Shown: positions 1 to 9,435 of the stretch, in pieces | Layout of the letters: every line of letters starts with the position of its first letter | How positions within the stretch are numbered: the first letter of the stretch is position 1 | From: Thermoanaerobaculia bacterium | GTDB lineage: Bacteria; Acidobacteriota; Thermoanaerobaculia; Multivoradales; JAHEKO01 | Direction: 5' to 3' | Assembly: GCA_049678185.1 (NCBI GenBank) | Contig: JBAUDS010000010.1 | Coordinates: 9,816-41,815 of the forward strand | Length of the DNA stretch: 32,000 bases | Notes under the pieces: generated by a model | Databases searched by the model: none | What the model was told of the DNA's origin: nothing | What the model saw: the letters and a program-made list of their open reading frames with translations, nothing else | Program-made: the position numbers and the translations under genes

Positions 1-1
1 C

Positions 2-2209
2 GACACCGGTGGCACCTTTACCGACTGCGTGGCCCGCGATCCCGACGGCCGGTTGCAGCGAACCAAGGTGCTGAGCTCGAGCTGTCTGCGTGGCAGGATT
101 GCCGAGCAGCTCGACCCGCAACGGGTGCGGATCGCCGGTTCATGGACCCTGCCCGACGGTTTCTTCTCCGGCGCTCGACTACGACTACTGGCAGAGCCGG
201 GCAACGCCTATTCCGTGGTGGGCTACGAGGGGGCCACGGCGACACTCGAGTTGGCATCGCCGCTCCCCGATGGGGTCGAAGGGGCCGGCTGCGAGCTCGA
301 GATCGGAGAGGAGGCCCCGATCCTGGCGGCCCGGCTGGTCACCAAGACCGCGCTCGAGGAGCCACTGCCGCCGATGGCGATGCGGCTGGCGACGACTCGT
401 GCCACCAATGCCCTGCTCGAACGCCGCGGCGCTCCGACGGCGCTGTTTATCACCAGGGGCTTTGGTGATCTGCTGGCGATCGGTACCCAACAGCGCTCCG
501 ATCTGTTTGCCCTGGCGGTGGAGAAGCCGAGTCCGCTCCATACCGCCGTGGTCGAGGTGGACGAGCGAATGACAGCCACCGGCTCGGTGCTGAGACCGCT
601 CGACCGGGAGTCGGTGTGTGCCGAAGGACGCCGTCTGCTGGCGGAGGGAATCCGGGTAGCGGCCGTGGCTCTTCTGCACAGCTATGTCGACCGGCGGCAC
701 GAGGACGAGGTCGCAACTCTGCTGGGTGAGCTGGGCTTCGAGCACGTCTCCTGCTCGGCCCGCCTGGCACCCCGTATCAAGATCGTGCCGAGGGCCGAAA
801 CGGCGGTGGTCAATGCCTACCTGTCGCAGGTGATCGAGACCTATATGGGGAGCGTCAAGAGCGTACTTGGCGGTGGGGTTCTCCACGGCCTGACCAGCGC
901 CGGCGGCCTGGTACGGGCCGACGACTTTCAGCCCAAGGACAGCCTGTTGTCGGGCCCCGCAGGTGGTGTCGTGGGGGCGGCCCTGGCAGGACTTCGCTCC
1001 GGCTATCGGCAAACCCTGGCCTTCGATATGGGCGGCACCTCGACCGATGTCTCGCGCTACGACGACGGCTACGATTACCTCTTCGAAACCCGGGTGGGGG
1101 ATGCCAGGCTCATGGCGCCGACGCTGGCGATCGAGACCGTTGCCGCCGGTGGCGGATCGATCTGCCGCTTCGATGGCAGGCAGCTCAAGGTCGGACCCGA
1201 GAGCGCCGGGGCGCAGCCGGGTCCCGCCTGTTATGGCGCCGGCGGGCCGCTGACTCTTACCGATGTGAATCTGCTGATGGGGCGGCTCGACCCCGATCGC
1301 TTCGACATTCCGATCGATGCGGAGGCGGCCGAGCGGGAGGCCGAGGCAGTTCACGTTCAAGTGCGGGAGAGCACGGAGGGAGATCTGTCGAGAGACGATA
1401 TGTTGCAGGGTTTTCTCGACATCGCCAACGAGCGGATGGCCGAGGCGGTCCGCCGCATCTCGATCAGAAGGGGCTACCGGCCGGGTGACTTCGCGATGGT
1501 GGCCTTTGGCGGTGCCGGCGGGCAGCATGCCTGTCGGTTGGCCGAGATCCTGGATATCGAGAGGGTGCTGGTGCCGGCCGATGCCGGTCTGCTCAGTGCC
1601 CTGGGCTTGGGATACGCGCGGGTCGAGCGTTTTGCCGAGCGGCAGATCCTGCGACCACTGGAAGAGGTGGAGGAGGAGCTGATCTCGGTGGTCGACGAGC
1701 TGGAGGAGGAGGCAACGGCGGCGGTGGTCGGTGAGGGGGTCTCCTGGGGCGAGGTCGAGATTCGGCACCGTCAGTTGAATCTGCGTTTCGCCGGGCAGGA
1801 GTCCACTTTGACTATCGAGCTCGGCGACTCTTCATCGCCCGACCACTCGCCCTCGCTCGAGCGGGTCTTTCTCGAGGCCTACGAGGAGCACTATGGCTAT
1901 CGACCCGAGCGCCGCCAAATCGAGCTCGAATCGCTCCGGGTGGTGGCGTCAGCCGGGCAGTCGGAAGTGGTAGTGGCCGAGGAGGCCGTCCAAACGAAGA
2001 CGGCGCCGCCGGTAGGGTGGCGAAAGATCCTCTGTGGCGGCGAGTGGCGCCTGTCCCCAATCTACGATCGCGACAGCTTGGAGCCCGGGGCCAGCCTGAA
2101 GAGCCCAACGGTCGTTGTCGAGCGGCACAGCGCCACGGTTATCGAGCCCGGGTGGCAGGGTCGCCTCGACGGGGCCGGGTGCCTGGTATTGGAGCGGCGA
2201 GCCAGATGA
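2..2209 (+). CDS. hyuA: Hydantoinase/oxoprolinase family, A (HyuA-like) subunit; 5' end cut by window edge
   Basis: Frame 2 is open from nt 2. The first residues, [10 protein letters not shown], match the conserved N-terminal DxGGTFTD motif of hydantoinase A/oxoprolinases, so only a few codons are missing. The ATG at 29 in the track is internal. Internal [12 protein letters not shown] is an actin-fold ATPase motif. Stop TGA at 2207-2209. Confidence 0.85.
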   Translation, partial: DTGGTFTDCVARDPDGRLQRTKVLSSSCLRGRIAEQLDPQRVRIAGSWTLPDGFFSGARLRLLAEPGNAYSVVGYEGATATLELASPLPDGVEGAGCELEIGEEAPILAARLVTKTALEEPLPPMAMRLATTRATNALLERRGAPTALFITRGFGDLLAIGTQQRSDLFALAVEKPSPLHTAVVEVDERMTATGSVLRPLDRESVCAEGRRLLAEGIRVAAVALLHSYVDRRHEDEVATLLGELGFEHVSCSARLAPRIKIVPRAETAVVNAYLSQVIETYMGSVKSVLGGGVLHGLTSAGGLVRADDFQPKDSLLSGPAGGVVGAALAGLRSGYRQTLAFDMGGTSTDVSRYDDGYDYLFETRVGDARLMAPTLAIETVAAGGGSICRFDGRQLKVGPESAGAQPGPACYGAGGPLTLTDVNLLMGRLDPDRFDIPIDAEAAEREAEAVHVQVRESTEGDLSRDDMLQGFLDIANERMAEAVRRISIRRGYRPGDFAMVAFGGAGGQHACRLAEILDIERVLVPADAGLLSALGLGYARVERFAERQILRPLEEVEEELISVVDELEEEATAAVVGEGVSWGEVEIRHRQLNLRFAGQESTLTIELGDSSSPDHSPSLERVFLEAYEEHYGYRPERRQIELESLRVVASAGQSEVVVAEEAVQTKTAPPVGWRKILCGGEWRLSPIYDRDSLEPGASLKSPTVVVERHSATVIEPGWQGRLDGAGCLVLERRAR

Positions 2210-3831
2210 AGTGGCGCCGACCCAGGGCGTCGGTGGCGGAGGTGCAAACCGACCCTGTCGAGCTGGAGCTCTTTACTCATCGTTTTGCGGCCATCGCCTG
2301 GCAGATGGGGGAGATGCTGCGTCGCACCGCCCTGTCGGTCAACGTCAAGGAGCGGCTCGACTTCTCCTGCGCGCTGCTCGACCCGGATGGCGAGCTGGTG
2401 GTCAACGCACCCCACATCCCGGTCCATCTGGGGGCACTGGGGCTTTGCGTCCGCTCGGTGCGCGACGCACTCCCGCTCGCGGATGGCGATGTGGCCGTGA
2501 CCAACCATCCGGCTTTTGGCGGCTCCCACCTGCCCGACGTCACCACCATCACCCCGGTCCTCTCCGGGGGGCCGGACGATGGACCGGCCGCCAAACGCCT
2601 GCTGGGCTATGTGGCGAGCCGCGCCCACCACGCCGAGATCGGCGGCACCCGTCCCGGCTCGATGCCACCCGATGCCGGCTGCCTGGCCGAGGAGGGGGTG
2701 GTGCTGCCACCGCAGTACCTCGTCCACGGCGGCGAGCCCCGTTGGGACGAGATCCGCAGACAGTTGTCGGAGGCCCCCTATCCGTCGCGTGCCGTGCGGG
2801 AGAATCTGGCCGATCTGGCCGCCTCGGTGGCGGCCAACCACCGGGGAGTACAGTCGTTGCTCGAGCTCGCCCAACGACACGGGCGAGACCGTGTTCTCCA
2901 CTACATGTGGGCTCTCACCGGCCAGGCCGAAGACCGGATTCGGTCCTCCCTCGAGCGTTTTGGCGACGGCCGGTACGAAGCGGAGGAGCGTCTCGACGAC
3001 GGCTCCGCCCTGCATGCGATGATCGACCTGCGACAGGGTGCCGGCGTCATCGATTTCGCCGGCTCGGCGGCGGTCCATCCGGGCAACCTCAACGCCACTC
3101 CGGCCGTGGTGCGCAGCGTGGTGTTGTACGTCTTGCGTCTGCTGATTCCCGAGCCGCTACCGCTCAACGAGGGTCTCCTGCGGACGGTCGAGATCAAAAT
3201 CCCGCCCGGCATCCTCAACCCCGATTTCCCCGCGGATCCTCGGCAGGCCCCGGCGGTCGTGGGAGGCAACGTCGAGACCAGTCAGCGACTGGTGGACACG
3301 TTGCTCAAGGCGCTAAAGGTGGTCTCCTGCTCGCAGGGAACGATGAACAATGTGCTGTTTGGCAACCAGGACTTTGGTTACTACGAGACCGTCTGTGGAG
3401 GCTGTGGCGCCGGTCCGGACTTCGCCGGCGCCTCTGCCGTCCACAGCCACATGACCAACACGGCGATCACCGATCCCGAGCTGTTGGAGCAGCGGTACCC
3501 GGTGCGATTGGAGCGCTTTGCCATCCGCCGGGGCTCCGGTGGGCGCGGCCGGTTTCGAGGGGGTGAAGGCGTGGTCCGGGAGTTGACTTTCCTGGAGCCG
3601 GTCTCGGTGTCGATCGTCAGCCAACACCGCACCGAGGGACCCTACGGGATGGAAGGAGGGGAGGCCGGGAGCCCGGGTCGCCAGCGATTGGTGAGGGCGG
3701 CGGGCGACACGGTGGAGCTGGAGGCGGTGGGGGGGTGCGAGGCGGCATTCGGCGACCGACTCGTGCTGGAGACCCCGGGTGGCGGTGGCTGGGGGCGACC
3801 GGCGACCAAAGAAGAGGGGAGCGGGGAGTGA
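2206..3831 (+). CDS. hyuB: Hydantoinase B/oxoprolinase family subunit (HyuB-like)
   Basis: Track ORF 2017-3831. Its first ~63 codons lie inside hyuA and are R/P-rich. The ATG at 2206 makes an ATGA overlap with the hyuA stop. Family motifs seen: DPVELELF..., [33 protein letters not shown]. Confidence 0.85.
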   Translation: MKWRRPRASVAEVQTDPVELELFTHRFAAIAWQMGEMLRRTALSVNVKERLDFSCALLDPDGELVVNAPHIPVHLGALGLCVRSVRDALPLADGDVAVTNHPAFGGSHLPDVTTITPVLSGGPDDGPAAKRLLGYVASRAHHAEIGGTRPGSMPPDAGCLAEEGVVLPPQYLVHGGEPRWDEIRRQLSEAPYPSRAVRENLADLAASVAANHRGVQSLLELAQRHGRDRVLHYMWALTGQAEDRIRSSLERFGDGRYEAEERLDDGSALHAMIDLRQGAGVIDFAGSAAVHPGNLNATPAVVRSVVLYVLRLLIPEPLPLNEGLLRTVEIKIPPGILNPDFPADPRQAPAVVGGNVETSQRLVDTLLKALKVVSCSQGTMNNVLFGNQDFGYYETVCGGCGAGPDFAGASAVHSHMTNTAITDPELLEQRYPVRLERFAIRRGSGGRGRFRGGEGVVRELTFLEPVSVSIVSQHRTEGPYGMEGGEAGSPGRQRLVRAAGDTVELEAVGGCEAAFGDRLVLETPGGGGWGRPATKEEGSGE

Positions 3832-5129
3832 GACGCCTGACCGCCATCCTGCTCTGGTCGGTTATCGCCGCCGCCTTTATCGGACCGGGAACGGTGACGA
3901 CGGCCGCCGCCGCCGGGGCCGGGTTTGGTCTTGCCCTGCTCTGGACCCTGGTCTTCTCGACCGTCGCCTGTCTCGTTCTCCAGGAGGCCAGCGCGCGGCT
4001 GACTCTGGTCTCCGGCCGCAACCTGGGTCAAGCCCTGCGGCATCGCTATCCGGCCGGATTCACCGGCACGGCTGTTCTGCTCCTGGTTCTCGGCGCCATT
4101 GTCCTGGGCTGTGCCGCCTACGAAGCCGGCAACATTCTGGGCGGGGTGGCCGGTGCCGTGCTGGCCACGGGCAGGTCGCCAAAGCTCCTCGCCCTGGCTT
4201 CGGGCGTCATAGCGGGCCTGTTGCTGTGGTTCAACAAGCCCCGCCGGGTCGCTCACCTGCTGAGTATCGTGGTCGCGGTGATGGGGGTTGCTTTTCTGTT
4301 TACCGCCTGGCAGCTGCGGCCCGAGCTCGGTGAGATCTTGCGTGGCGCCCTGATGCCCTCGCTGCCCACTGGCTCGGCCCTGCTGGCCATCGGTCTGGTG
4401 GGGACGACCGTCGTCCCCTACAACATCTTTCTGGGGTCGGGAATCGCCGGTGGACAGAGTCTGGGCGAGCTCCGCCTGGGGCTGGCGGTAGCGGTCGGTC
4501 TCGGCGGTCTGATCTCGATGGGGGTGTTGGTGGCGGGCACGGCCGTCGACGGTGCGTTCTCCTTCCAAGCCCTCTCGCTGGTACTGGCCGAGCGGCTGGG
4601 TCCCTGGGCCGCCTCGCTGTTTGCCATCGGCCTCTTTGGTGCCGGGATCTCCTCCGCGATCACCGCCCCGTTGGCGGCCGCGGTGACGGCGCGGAGTCTC
4701 TTCCAGACAGCCGACAACGAAGAGCGATGGAGCGAGCGCTCCTGGCGCTACCGGAGCGTCTGGTTGGCGGTGCTGCTCACCGGGTTGGGTTTCGGGCTCA
4801 GCGATGTGGCGCCGATCCCGGCCATCGTCCTGGCCCAGGCGCTCAACGGCGTGCTGCTGCCGATCGTCGCCATCTTCCTACTGCTGGAGGTCAACGACCG
4901 GCGCTCGATGGGTGAGCGGGAGGTCAACGGTCTGTTCTCGAACGGTGTGATGACGCTGGTGGTGGCGGTGACGGTGCTGCTGGGGACGGCCAACCTGGCC
5001 CGTGCCGTCGCCCGCACTCTCGGTTGGTCCGCCCCCACGCACGGCACGCTGCTGGTGATCTCCGCTGTCGTCGTCATCCTCGTCTCGGTGCCGGTCTACC
5101 GAGCCTGGGAACGCCGCAGACGCCCTTGA
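3828..5129 (+). CDS. Nramp-fold (LeuT/APC-like) polytopic membrane transporter, atypical; canonical metal ligands absent
   Basis: GTG at 3828 makes a GTGA overlap with the hyuB stop, and the upstream part of track ORF 3735-5129 lies inside hyuB. The protein is very hydrophobic with multiple TM segments. The TM1 region FIGPGTVTTAAAAGAGFGLALLW aligns to the Nramp pattern DPGN-x6-AGAxFGyxLLW. The TM6 region TTVVPYNIFLGS aligns to xxMPHNxyLHS. Confidence 0.7.
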   Translation: MRRLTAILLWSVIAAAFIGPGTVTTAAAAGAGFGLALLWTLVFSTVACLVLQEASARLTLVSGRNLGQALRHRYPAGFTGTAVLLLVLGAIVLGCAAYEAGNILGGVAGAVLATGRSPKLLALASGVIAGLLLWFNKPRRVAHLLSIVVAVMGVAFLFTAWQLRPELGEILRGALMPSLPTGSALLAIGLVGTTVVPYNIFLGSGIAGGQSLGELRLGLAVAVGLGGLISMGVLVAGTAVDGAFSFQALSLVLAERLGPWAASLFAIGLFGAGISSAITAPLAAAVTARSLFQTADNEERWSERSWRYRSVWLAVLLTGLGFGLSDVAPIPAIVLAQALNGVLLPIVAIFLLLEVNDRRSMGEREVNGLFSNGVMTLVVAVTVLLGTANLARAVARTLGWSAPTHGTLLVISAVVVILVSVPVYRAWERRRRP

Positions 5130-5153
5130 TGACGGAGCAAGGTCTCGGGCTCG

Positions 5154-6077
5154 CTATCGTGGCAGAGCCCTGATGACGATCTTCTTCAGCCGCCGTCTTG
5201 CTTCCAACCAGAGATCCGGGCCCACAGGCGCCTGGAAGTGTGCCAGACACCACTGCTGCCGCTCGATCGTCCGTCGCACTCGTTGAGGGTCCGAGAGTCC
5301 GGCATACGGCAGCTCTGCTTCGGCCCACTGCAGAAGCCGGAGACCCGCCAGGCCCGTCGCCCGCACGGATTCTCCGGCACAGGTACTGTCGTCATGGATT
5401 CGATAGAGCGACAGCGGAACCGATGAGATGAAAACGGTCGACTGACAGAGCAACTGCGCGATAAAGGCGACGTCTTCGAGAAGCCGATCGAAGCTCGCTG
5501 GGAAACCATTCACCTCCCGGGCAAGCCGGGTCTCGACCACAAGCCCTTGCAGGAAGAAATCCAGCCGACCCTGCAGTTGCAGGGAGACCAGCTCGGCGGA
5601 GGCCGGATAGACCGCATCGGTTGCCACCACCATGGGCTGAACCCGATCCGGGCCTTTTGCCGCCGAAGACCAGCTGGTCCAGAAGCGAACGGGACCAAAG
5701 GCCACCCTGGCTGTCGGGTTGCGGGCCAGCTCGGCGAGCCGTTGGGACAGGAACTCGGGCTCCCAGCGATCATCCGAGTCGAGAAAGGCGAGATAGCGAC
5801 CACGGGCGGAATGCAGGCCGAGATTTCTCGATGGCCCGGTTCCCAGGTTCTCATCGGCCGGGTGACTGAAATACCGGATTCTGGGATCGCGATTCGCGGC
5901 CAAGCCCTTTGCCAGCTCCGAGGATCCATTTGTCGATCCATCATCGACCAGGAGGAGCTCGAAATCGGTCTCGGTCTGCGCGAGAACACTGTCGACCGCC
6001 TCGAAAAGGAATTCCCTCTTCGGATCCAGAAAGATCATCACCACCGAGACCAACGGACTGGAGGGCGTGTCGGTCAC
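5154..6077 (-). CDS. Family 2 glycosyltransferase
   Basis: LVSVVMIFLD...AVDSVLAQTETDFELLLVDDGSTNGS...YLAFLDSDD (DxD) is a GT-A/GT2 signature. GTG at 6077 gives a GTGA overlap with the stop of the upstream flippase gene. The track ORF, extended to 6530, overlaps that gene. ATG at 6038 is an alternative start. Confidence 0.8.
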   Translation of the reverse strand: MTDTPSSPLVSVVMIFLDPKREFLFEAVDSVLAQTETDFELLLVDDGSTNGSSELAKGLAANRDPRIRYFSHPADENLGTGPSRNLGLHSARGRYLAFLDSDDRWEPEFLSQRLAELARNPTARVAFGPVRFWTSWSSAAKGPDRVQPMVVATDAVYPASAELVSLQLQGRLDFFLQGLVVETRLAREVNGFPASFDRLLEDVAFIAQLLCQSTVFISSVPLSLYRIHDDSTCAGESVRATGLAGLRLLQWAEAELPYAGLSDPQRVRRTIERQQWCLAHFQAPVGPDLWLEARRRLKKIVIRALPR

Positions 6078-7648
6078 GCGTCCGGTCTCCGTCCCGCCAG
6101 GGAATCGACAGCGGTTTTCAACAGGGCGCGCTCGGGCATCGACGGTGGCATCGCCAGGTAGACCGCGACAAAGGTCGAGCCACCCAGCGTTGCTGCGGCC
6201 AGCAGCTCGAAAAGTACCTTGGCGTCTGGAATAGAATAGAGCACGAGCGCCGCCACCAGAGCACTGGGGATGGCGGCAATCAAACCTGGCAGCAGGCCGT
6301 CGCGCAGGAGACGCGCCGTCGGCAGGCCCAGGGTCCTGATAGCAAACGGCCAGATGACAAAACCGAGCTCCAGCGCCGCCGGGATCGCGGTCCCCCAGGC
6401 GACTCCGATCAGACCGAAGCGCTCGACAAAGAGTAGCGACAACCCGAGATTCAAGCCTCCGGTCACCAGCGCCGTCACCGCGAAGATCCGGTGGCGGTTG
6501 ATTCCCTGGAGAATCTCTCCCGCCGGCCACTGCACCAGATCGAGTCCCAGGGCGAGAACCAGCACCGCCACCAGACCGGCATAGATTCTGAATTCCTCGC
6601 CGATCCAGAGGGTGAGGATCTGCGGCGCCAACATCGACAGCAGGAGACCGGCGCCAAAGACGATGCCGACCGTCAGACGCGTACTGGTGACGAAGATCGA
6701 GCGCAGCCTGTCGTCCTCACCCGCGGTCGAATGGACGCTCGACGCCAGGGGCATCAAAAGCCGCAGATACTGTTGCGCCAACCGTTGTGGGATCTCGGCC
6801 AGTCGCAGGGCCACGGCGTAGGGCGTCACGGCACCGATCGCCAGCTTGGCCCCGACGACGATCTCGTCGACCTGGGTCTGGATGTGGCCGCCGAGGCGAG
6901 CGAGAAAGAGGGCCCAGCTGAACGACACCACCTGCCCGATTTTGCGTGGGTCCGGCGGCGTCCTGGCAAAGCGGAGCTCGGGTGCCAGTCGATCGAGGCT
7001 CCAGAGGGCCGGCACCAGCACCACGAGCCGCGAACCGATCTGACAGAGAGCTACCGCGACCAGTCCAAATCCCATCTGCAGGACGGCGAAGACTCCGAAG
7101 CTAAAGAGCAGCACTCGTACAACGCCGAGCGTACTGACGATGTCGAAGCGCTGCAGACCCTCGAGTGCCGCAAAGACGGACGATCCAAACATCGCGACGG
7201 CAAAGCTCAGACTGCTGAGAATCACCAATTGCTGTGCTTCGACCGCCATCTCGGGCGGTACCGAGAACCAGCGCGGGAAGTGGGGCGCCAGCAGAAATCC
7301 CACCGCCACCACGACCAGGGACAGCAGGAGGTAGAACGAAGCGGCGGCCGACACCAGACCTCGGCATTCGGCGAGCTCTCCTCGGCTCTCGTACTCGGCA
7401 ACGTACTTGGTGATCGCACTGGCAAACCCTAGATCGAACAGGCTGCCCTGGGCAATAAAGGTCCCGACCAGCGCCCAGATGCCGTACCCGTCCTGACCCA
7501 GATGCCGGATCATGTACGGCACGAGAAGGATCAGGGCCACCATGGATACCGCCTGGCCACCGTAGTTAATGACCCCGTTCTTCACCACGCCGGGGGATCG
7601 GCGCGCACCGGTCGAGGGCGAGGAACTCACTACGTCGTTCGTATTCAT
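6074..7648 (-). CDS. Wzx-like oligosaccharide/polysaccharide flippase (MOP superfamily)
   Basis: Polytopic membrane protein. The N-terminus, KNGVINYGGQAVSMVALILLVPYMIRHLGQDGYGIWALV..., is typical of Polysacc_synt-type flippases. ATG at 7648 (MNTNDVV...) gives an ATGA overlap with the stop of the upstream GT2-CE4 gene. The track extension to 8089 lies inside that gene. Confidence 0.75.
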   Translation of the reverse strand: MNTNDVVSSSPSTGARRSPGVVKNGVINYGGQAVSMVALILLVPYMIRHLGQDGYGIWALVGTFIAQGSLFDLGFASAITKYVAEYESRGELAECRGLVSAAASFYLLLSLVVVAVGFLLAPHFPRWFSVPPEMAVEAQQLVILSSLSFAVAMFGSSVFAALEGLQRFDIVSTLGVVRVLLFSFGVFAVLQMGFGLVAVALCQIGSRLVVLVPALWSLDRLAPELRFARTPPDPRKIGQVVSFSWALFLARLGGHIQTQVDEIVVGAKLAIGAVTPYAVALRLAEIPQRLAQQYLRLLMPLASSVHSTAGEDDRLRSIFVTSTRLTVGIVFGAGLLLSMLAPQILTLWIGEEFRIYAGLVAVLVLALGLDLVQWPAGEILQGINRHRIFAVTALVTGGLNLGLSLLFVERFGLIGVAWGTAIPAALELGFVIWPFAIRTLGLPTARLLRDGLLPGLIAAIPSALVAALVLYSIPDAKVLFELLAAATLGGSTFVAVYLAMPPSMPERALLKTAVDSLAGRRPDA

Positions 7649-9348
7649 CGCGGCGGTACGAGACTCCTCTTTAAGCGACGAAGGAGCGATAGCGGATCTA
7701 CCTGGTTGTAGCCGAGCCGCAGTTTGAGGCGAAAGGTCAGCAGGCCGTCGCCACCGCAGATCTCGGTTCGTCGGACCTGGGTCATCGGCACCGCTGGGTG
7801 GTTCAAGCCTTCCTCTGCACTCAGTACGGCGTCGAACGGCTCGAGCGCCTCGAGATCCGCCGCCGGGTTGCCGTAGGGGAGAGAAAAGGTCGAGGGCCGA
7901 ATGCCAAGCTCTCTCTCCAGATCCTCGATTGACCTCGTCACCTCGGCTTTCGCTTCGTCGTGCGGAATCGCGTCCAGACTCTTGTGGCTCACGGTATGGT
8001 TGCCGACCTCGTTGCCATTCTCGGCCCAGGTGCGCACCTGCTGCCACGACAGGATTTGACGCCCGGCCAGGGGGCCGTCTGCATCCCAATTATTCTCCTC
8101 TCCAACGCTGCCGGTGGCCAGCAGGAGGGTCGCCTTTTGACCGAGCTGCTCGAGACCAGGAGCTACCGTGTCGATCACCTCGGCGTAGCCGTCGTCGATG
8201 GTCAGCACCACGGTACGTCTCGCATCGAATAGCTCGCCCTGGTCACGGCCTTCGGCGACTTCGCGCACGGTGAGCAGCCGGTAGCTTTGGCGGTGAAGCC
8301 ATTGCAGTTGCGCTCGAACAGCACTTGAATCGACGACGAAACGACTCGGACGCTCCTGGTCGAGAGTAAAGGCGTGGTACATGAGACAGGGAATCCCAGC
8401 TGTGAGGTCCCGCCAGAAACCCGATCCCGCGGCGCGCAGCCGCATCTTGACACCCGACCACTGATAGGTTCGCGCCAGCAACGAGAACAACTTGGGCTGA
8501 CGAGGCCTGAAAGCTGCAATAGAACGAAGAACGAGAGTGAGCAACGGCAGGCCGCCGGGATGGAGTACCAGGTGTCGCAAAGTCCTCTCGAGCGCGGTCG
8601 CGTCATGGTACTCACGGGCTGTGTCTTTCATCAGGTCGGCGTGCTTCAACGCCATCGAGGCCTGGCCGCTGCCGCTGGCGGTAAAGGAAGCGCGCACCTG
8701 TCTACCGCTCTTGCGATCGAGATGGAGCACTTGGGCGTCGTCGAGGTAGCGAAACGAGTGACCGCCCGCGGCGAGCCGCCATCCCATCTCCACATCCTCC
8801 GCCGCGGATAGAGAGGTGTCGAAACCACCGACCTCGGCAAAAGAGGCCGCTTCGACAGCGAAATTCCCCGAGTAGAGATCACGCCAGGTGGCCGATCGAC
8901 CCTCTGCCAGGCTCGAATAGTGGCGTCGCCATCCGTCGGCATAGCTTCTCGCGACCCAACCTCTCGCGACGTCTATCTGGTCGATGCGACCGAGTAGAAC
9001 CACTCGCGAGGGCGACCCAGCTGTTTCGAGGGCCTGCCAATAGACATCGAGTAGACCAGGGTCGGCCTCGACGTCGCTGTCGAGAAACACCAGGAGTCTC
9101 CCTTGCGCGGCTTCGATACCCATATTCCTCGCCGCCGCCGCGCCCTCTCCGGGGCTCTTGTCGATCCTGAACGCGAGAGTGGAGCCCCGACAGATGGACT
9201 CTGCCTTCTGTTCGTCGGCTCGATCGACGACGACCACCACTTCGAAGGGCACGCCTGTGCTCTGACGAGAGAGACTCTCGAGCGTCGTCGCCAGAAAGCT
9301 CATCGGCCCGTGTACCGGAACGATGACGCTGATGAGAGGTTTCGTCAC
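7645..9348 (-). CDS. Fusion protein: N-terminal GT2 glycosyltransferase + C-terminal polysaccharide deacetylase (CE4/NodB-homology) domain
   Basis: N-terminal half: ISVIVPVHG...FEVVVVVDRADE...LLVFLDSDVEADP (GT2, DxD). C-terminal half: VVLTIDDGY (NodB motif 1), GNHTVSHKSL (HxxxH-type motif 2), FSLPYGN (motif 3-like). A hydrophobic stretch, GGLPLLTLVLRSIAAF, lies between the halves. One uninterrupted 567-codon frame with a GTG start at 9348. Confidence 0.75.
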   Translation of the reverse strand: MTKPLISVIVPVHGPMSFLATTLESLSRQSTGVPFEVVVVVDRADEQKAESICRGSTLAFRIDKSPGEGAAAARNMGIEAAQGRLLVFLDSDVEADPGLLDVYWQALETAGSPSRVVLLGRIDQIDVARGWVARSYADGWRRHYSSLAEGRSATWRDLYSGNFAVEAASFAEVGGFDTSLSAAEDVEMGWRLAAGGHSFRYLDDAQVLHLDRKSGRQVRASFTASGSGQASMALKHADLMKDTAREYHDATALERTLRHLVLHPGGLPLLTLVLRSIAAFRPRQPKLFSLLARTYQWSGVKMRLRAAGSGFWRDLTAGIPCLMYHAFTLDQERPSRFVVDSSAVRAQLQWLHRQSYRLLTVREVAEGRDQGELFDARRTVVLTIDDGYAEVIDTVAPGLEQLGQKATLLLATGSVGEENNWDADGPLAGRQILSWQQVRTWAENGNEVGNHTVSHKSLDAIPHDEAKAEVTRSIEDLERELGIRPSTFSLPYGNPAADLEALEPFDAVLSAEEGLNHPAVPMTQVRRTEICGGDGLLTFRLKLRLGYNQVDPLSLLRRLKRSLVPPR

Positions 9349-9435
9349 GGCCGGTGTTCAAAAGGTTGGGGATGCGATTCCAGGACCAAGCGTACCAGTC
9401 CCACTCACGGGGTGAGCACAGGGGCCGCCGGCGAC

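Noticed and set aside
185-1768. 527-aa ORF antisense to hyuA. Similar long antisense ORFs occur at 2062-3078, 3642-4568, 11489-12361, 13214-14029, 17770-18621, 19465-20418, 24076-24930, 26036-26797 and 27233-27976.
   Set aside because: These are shadow ORFs expected in GC-rich DNA. Their translations are R/P/G/A/H-rich low-complexity strings with no recognisable motifs. Each lies fully opposite a gene with strong family signatures.
5130-5153. Small inverted repeat GGGCTC...GAGCCC around the convergent Nramp-like/GT2 gene ends, considered as a bidirectional terminator.
   Set aside because: It has only a 6-bp stem with a 12-nt loop, and its 3' arm overlaps the GT2 stop codon region. No U-tract. 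The evidence is too weak to annotate.
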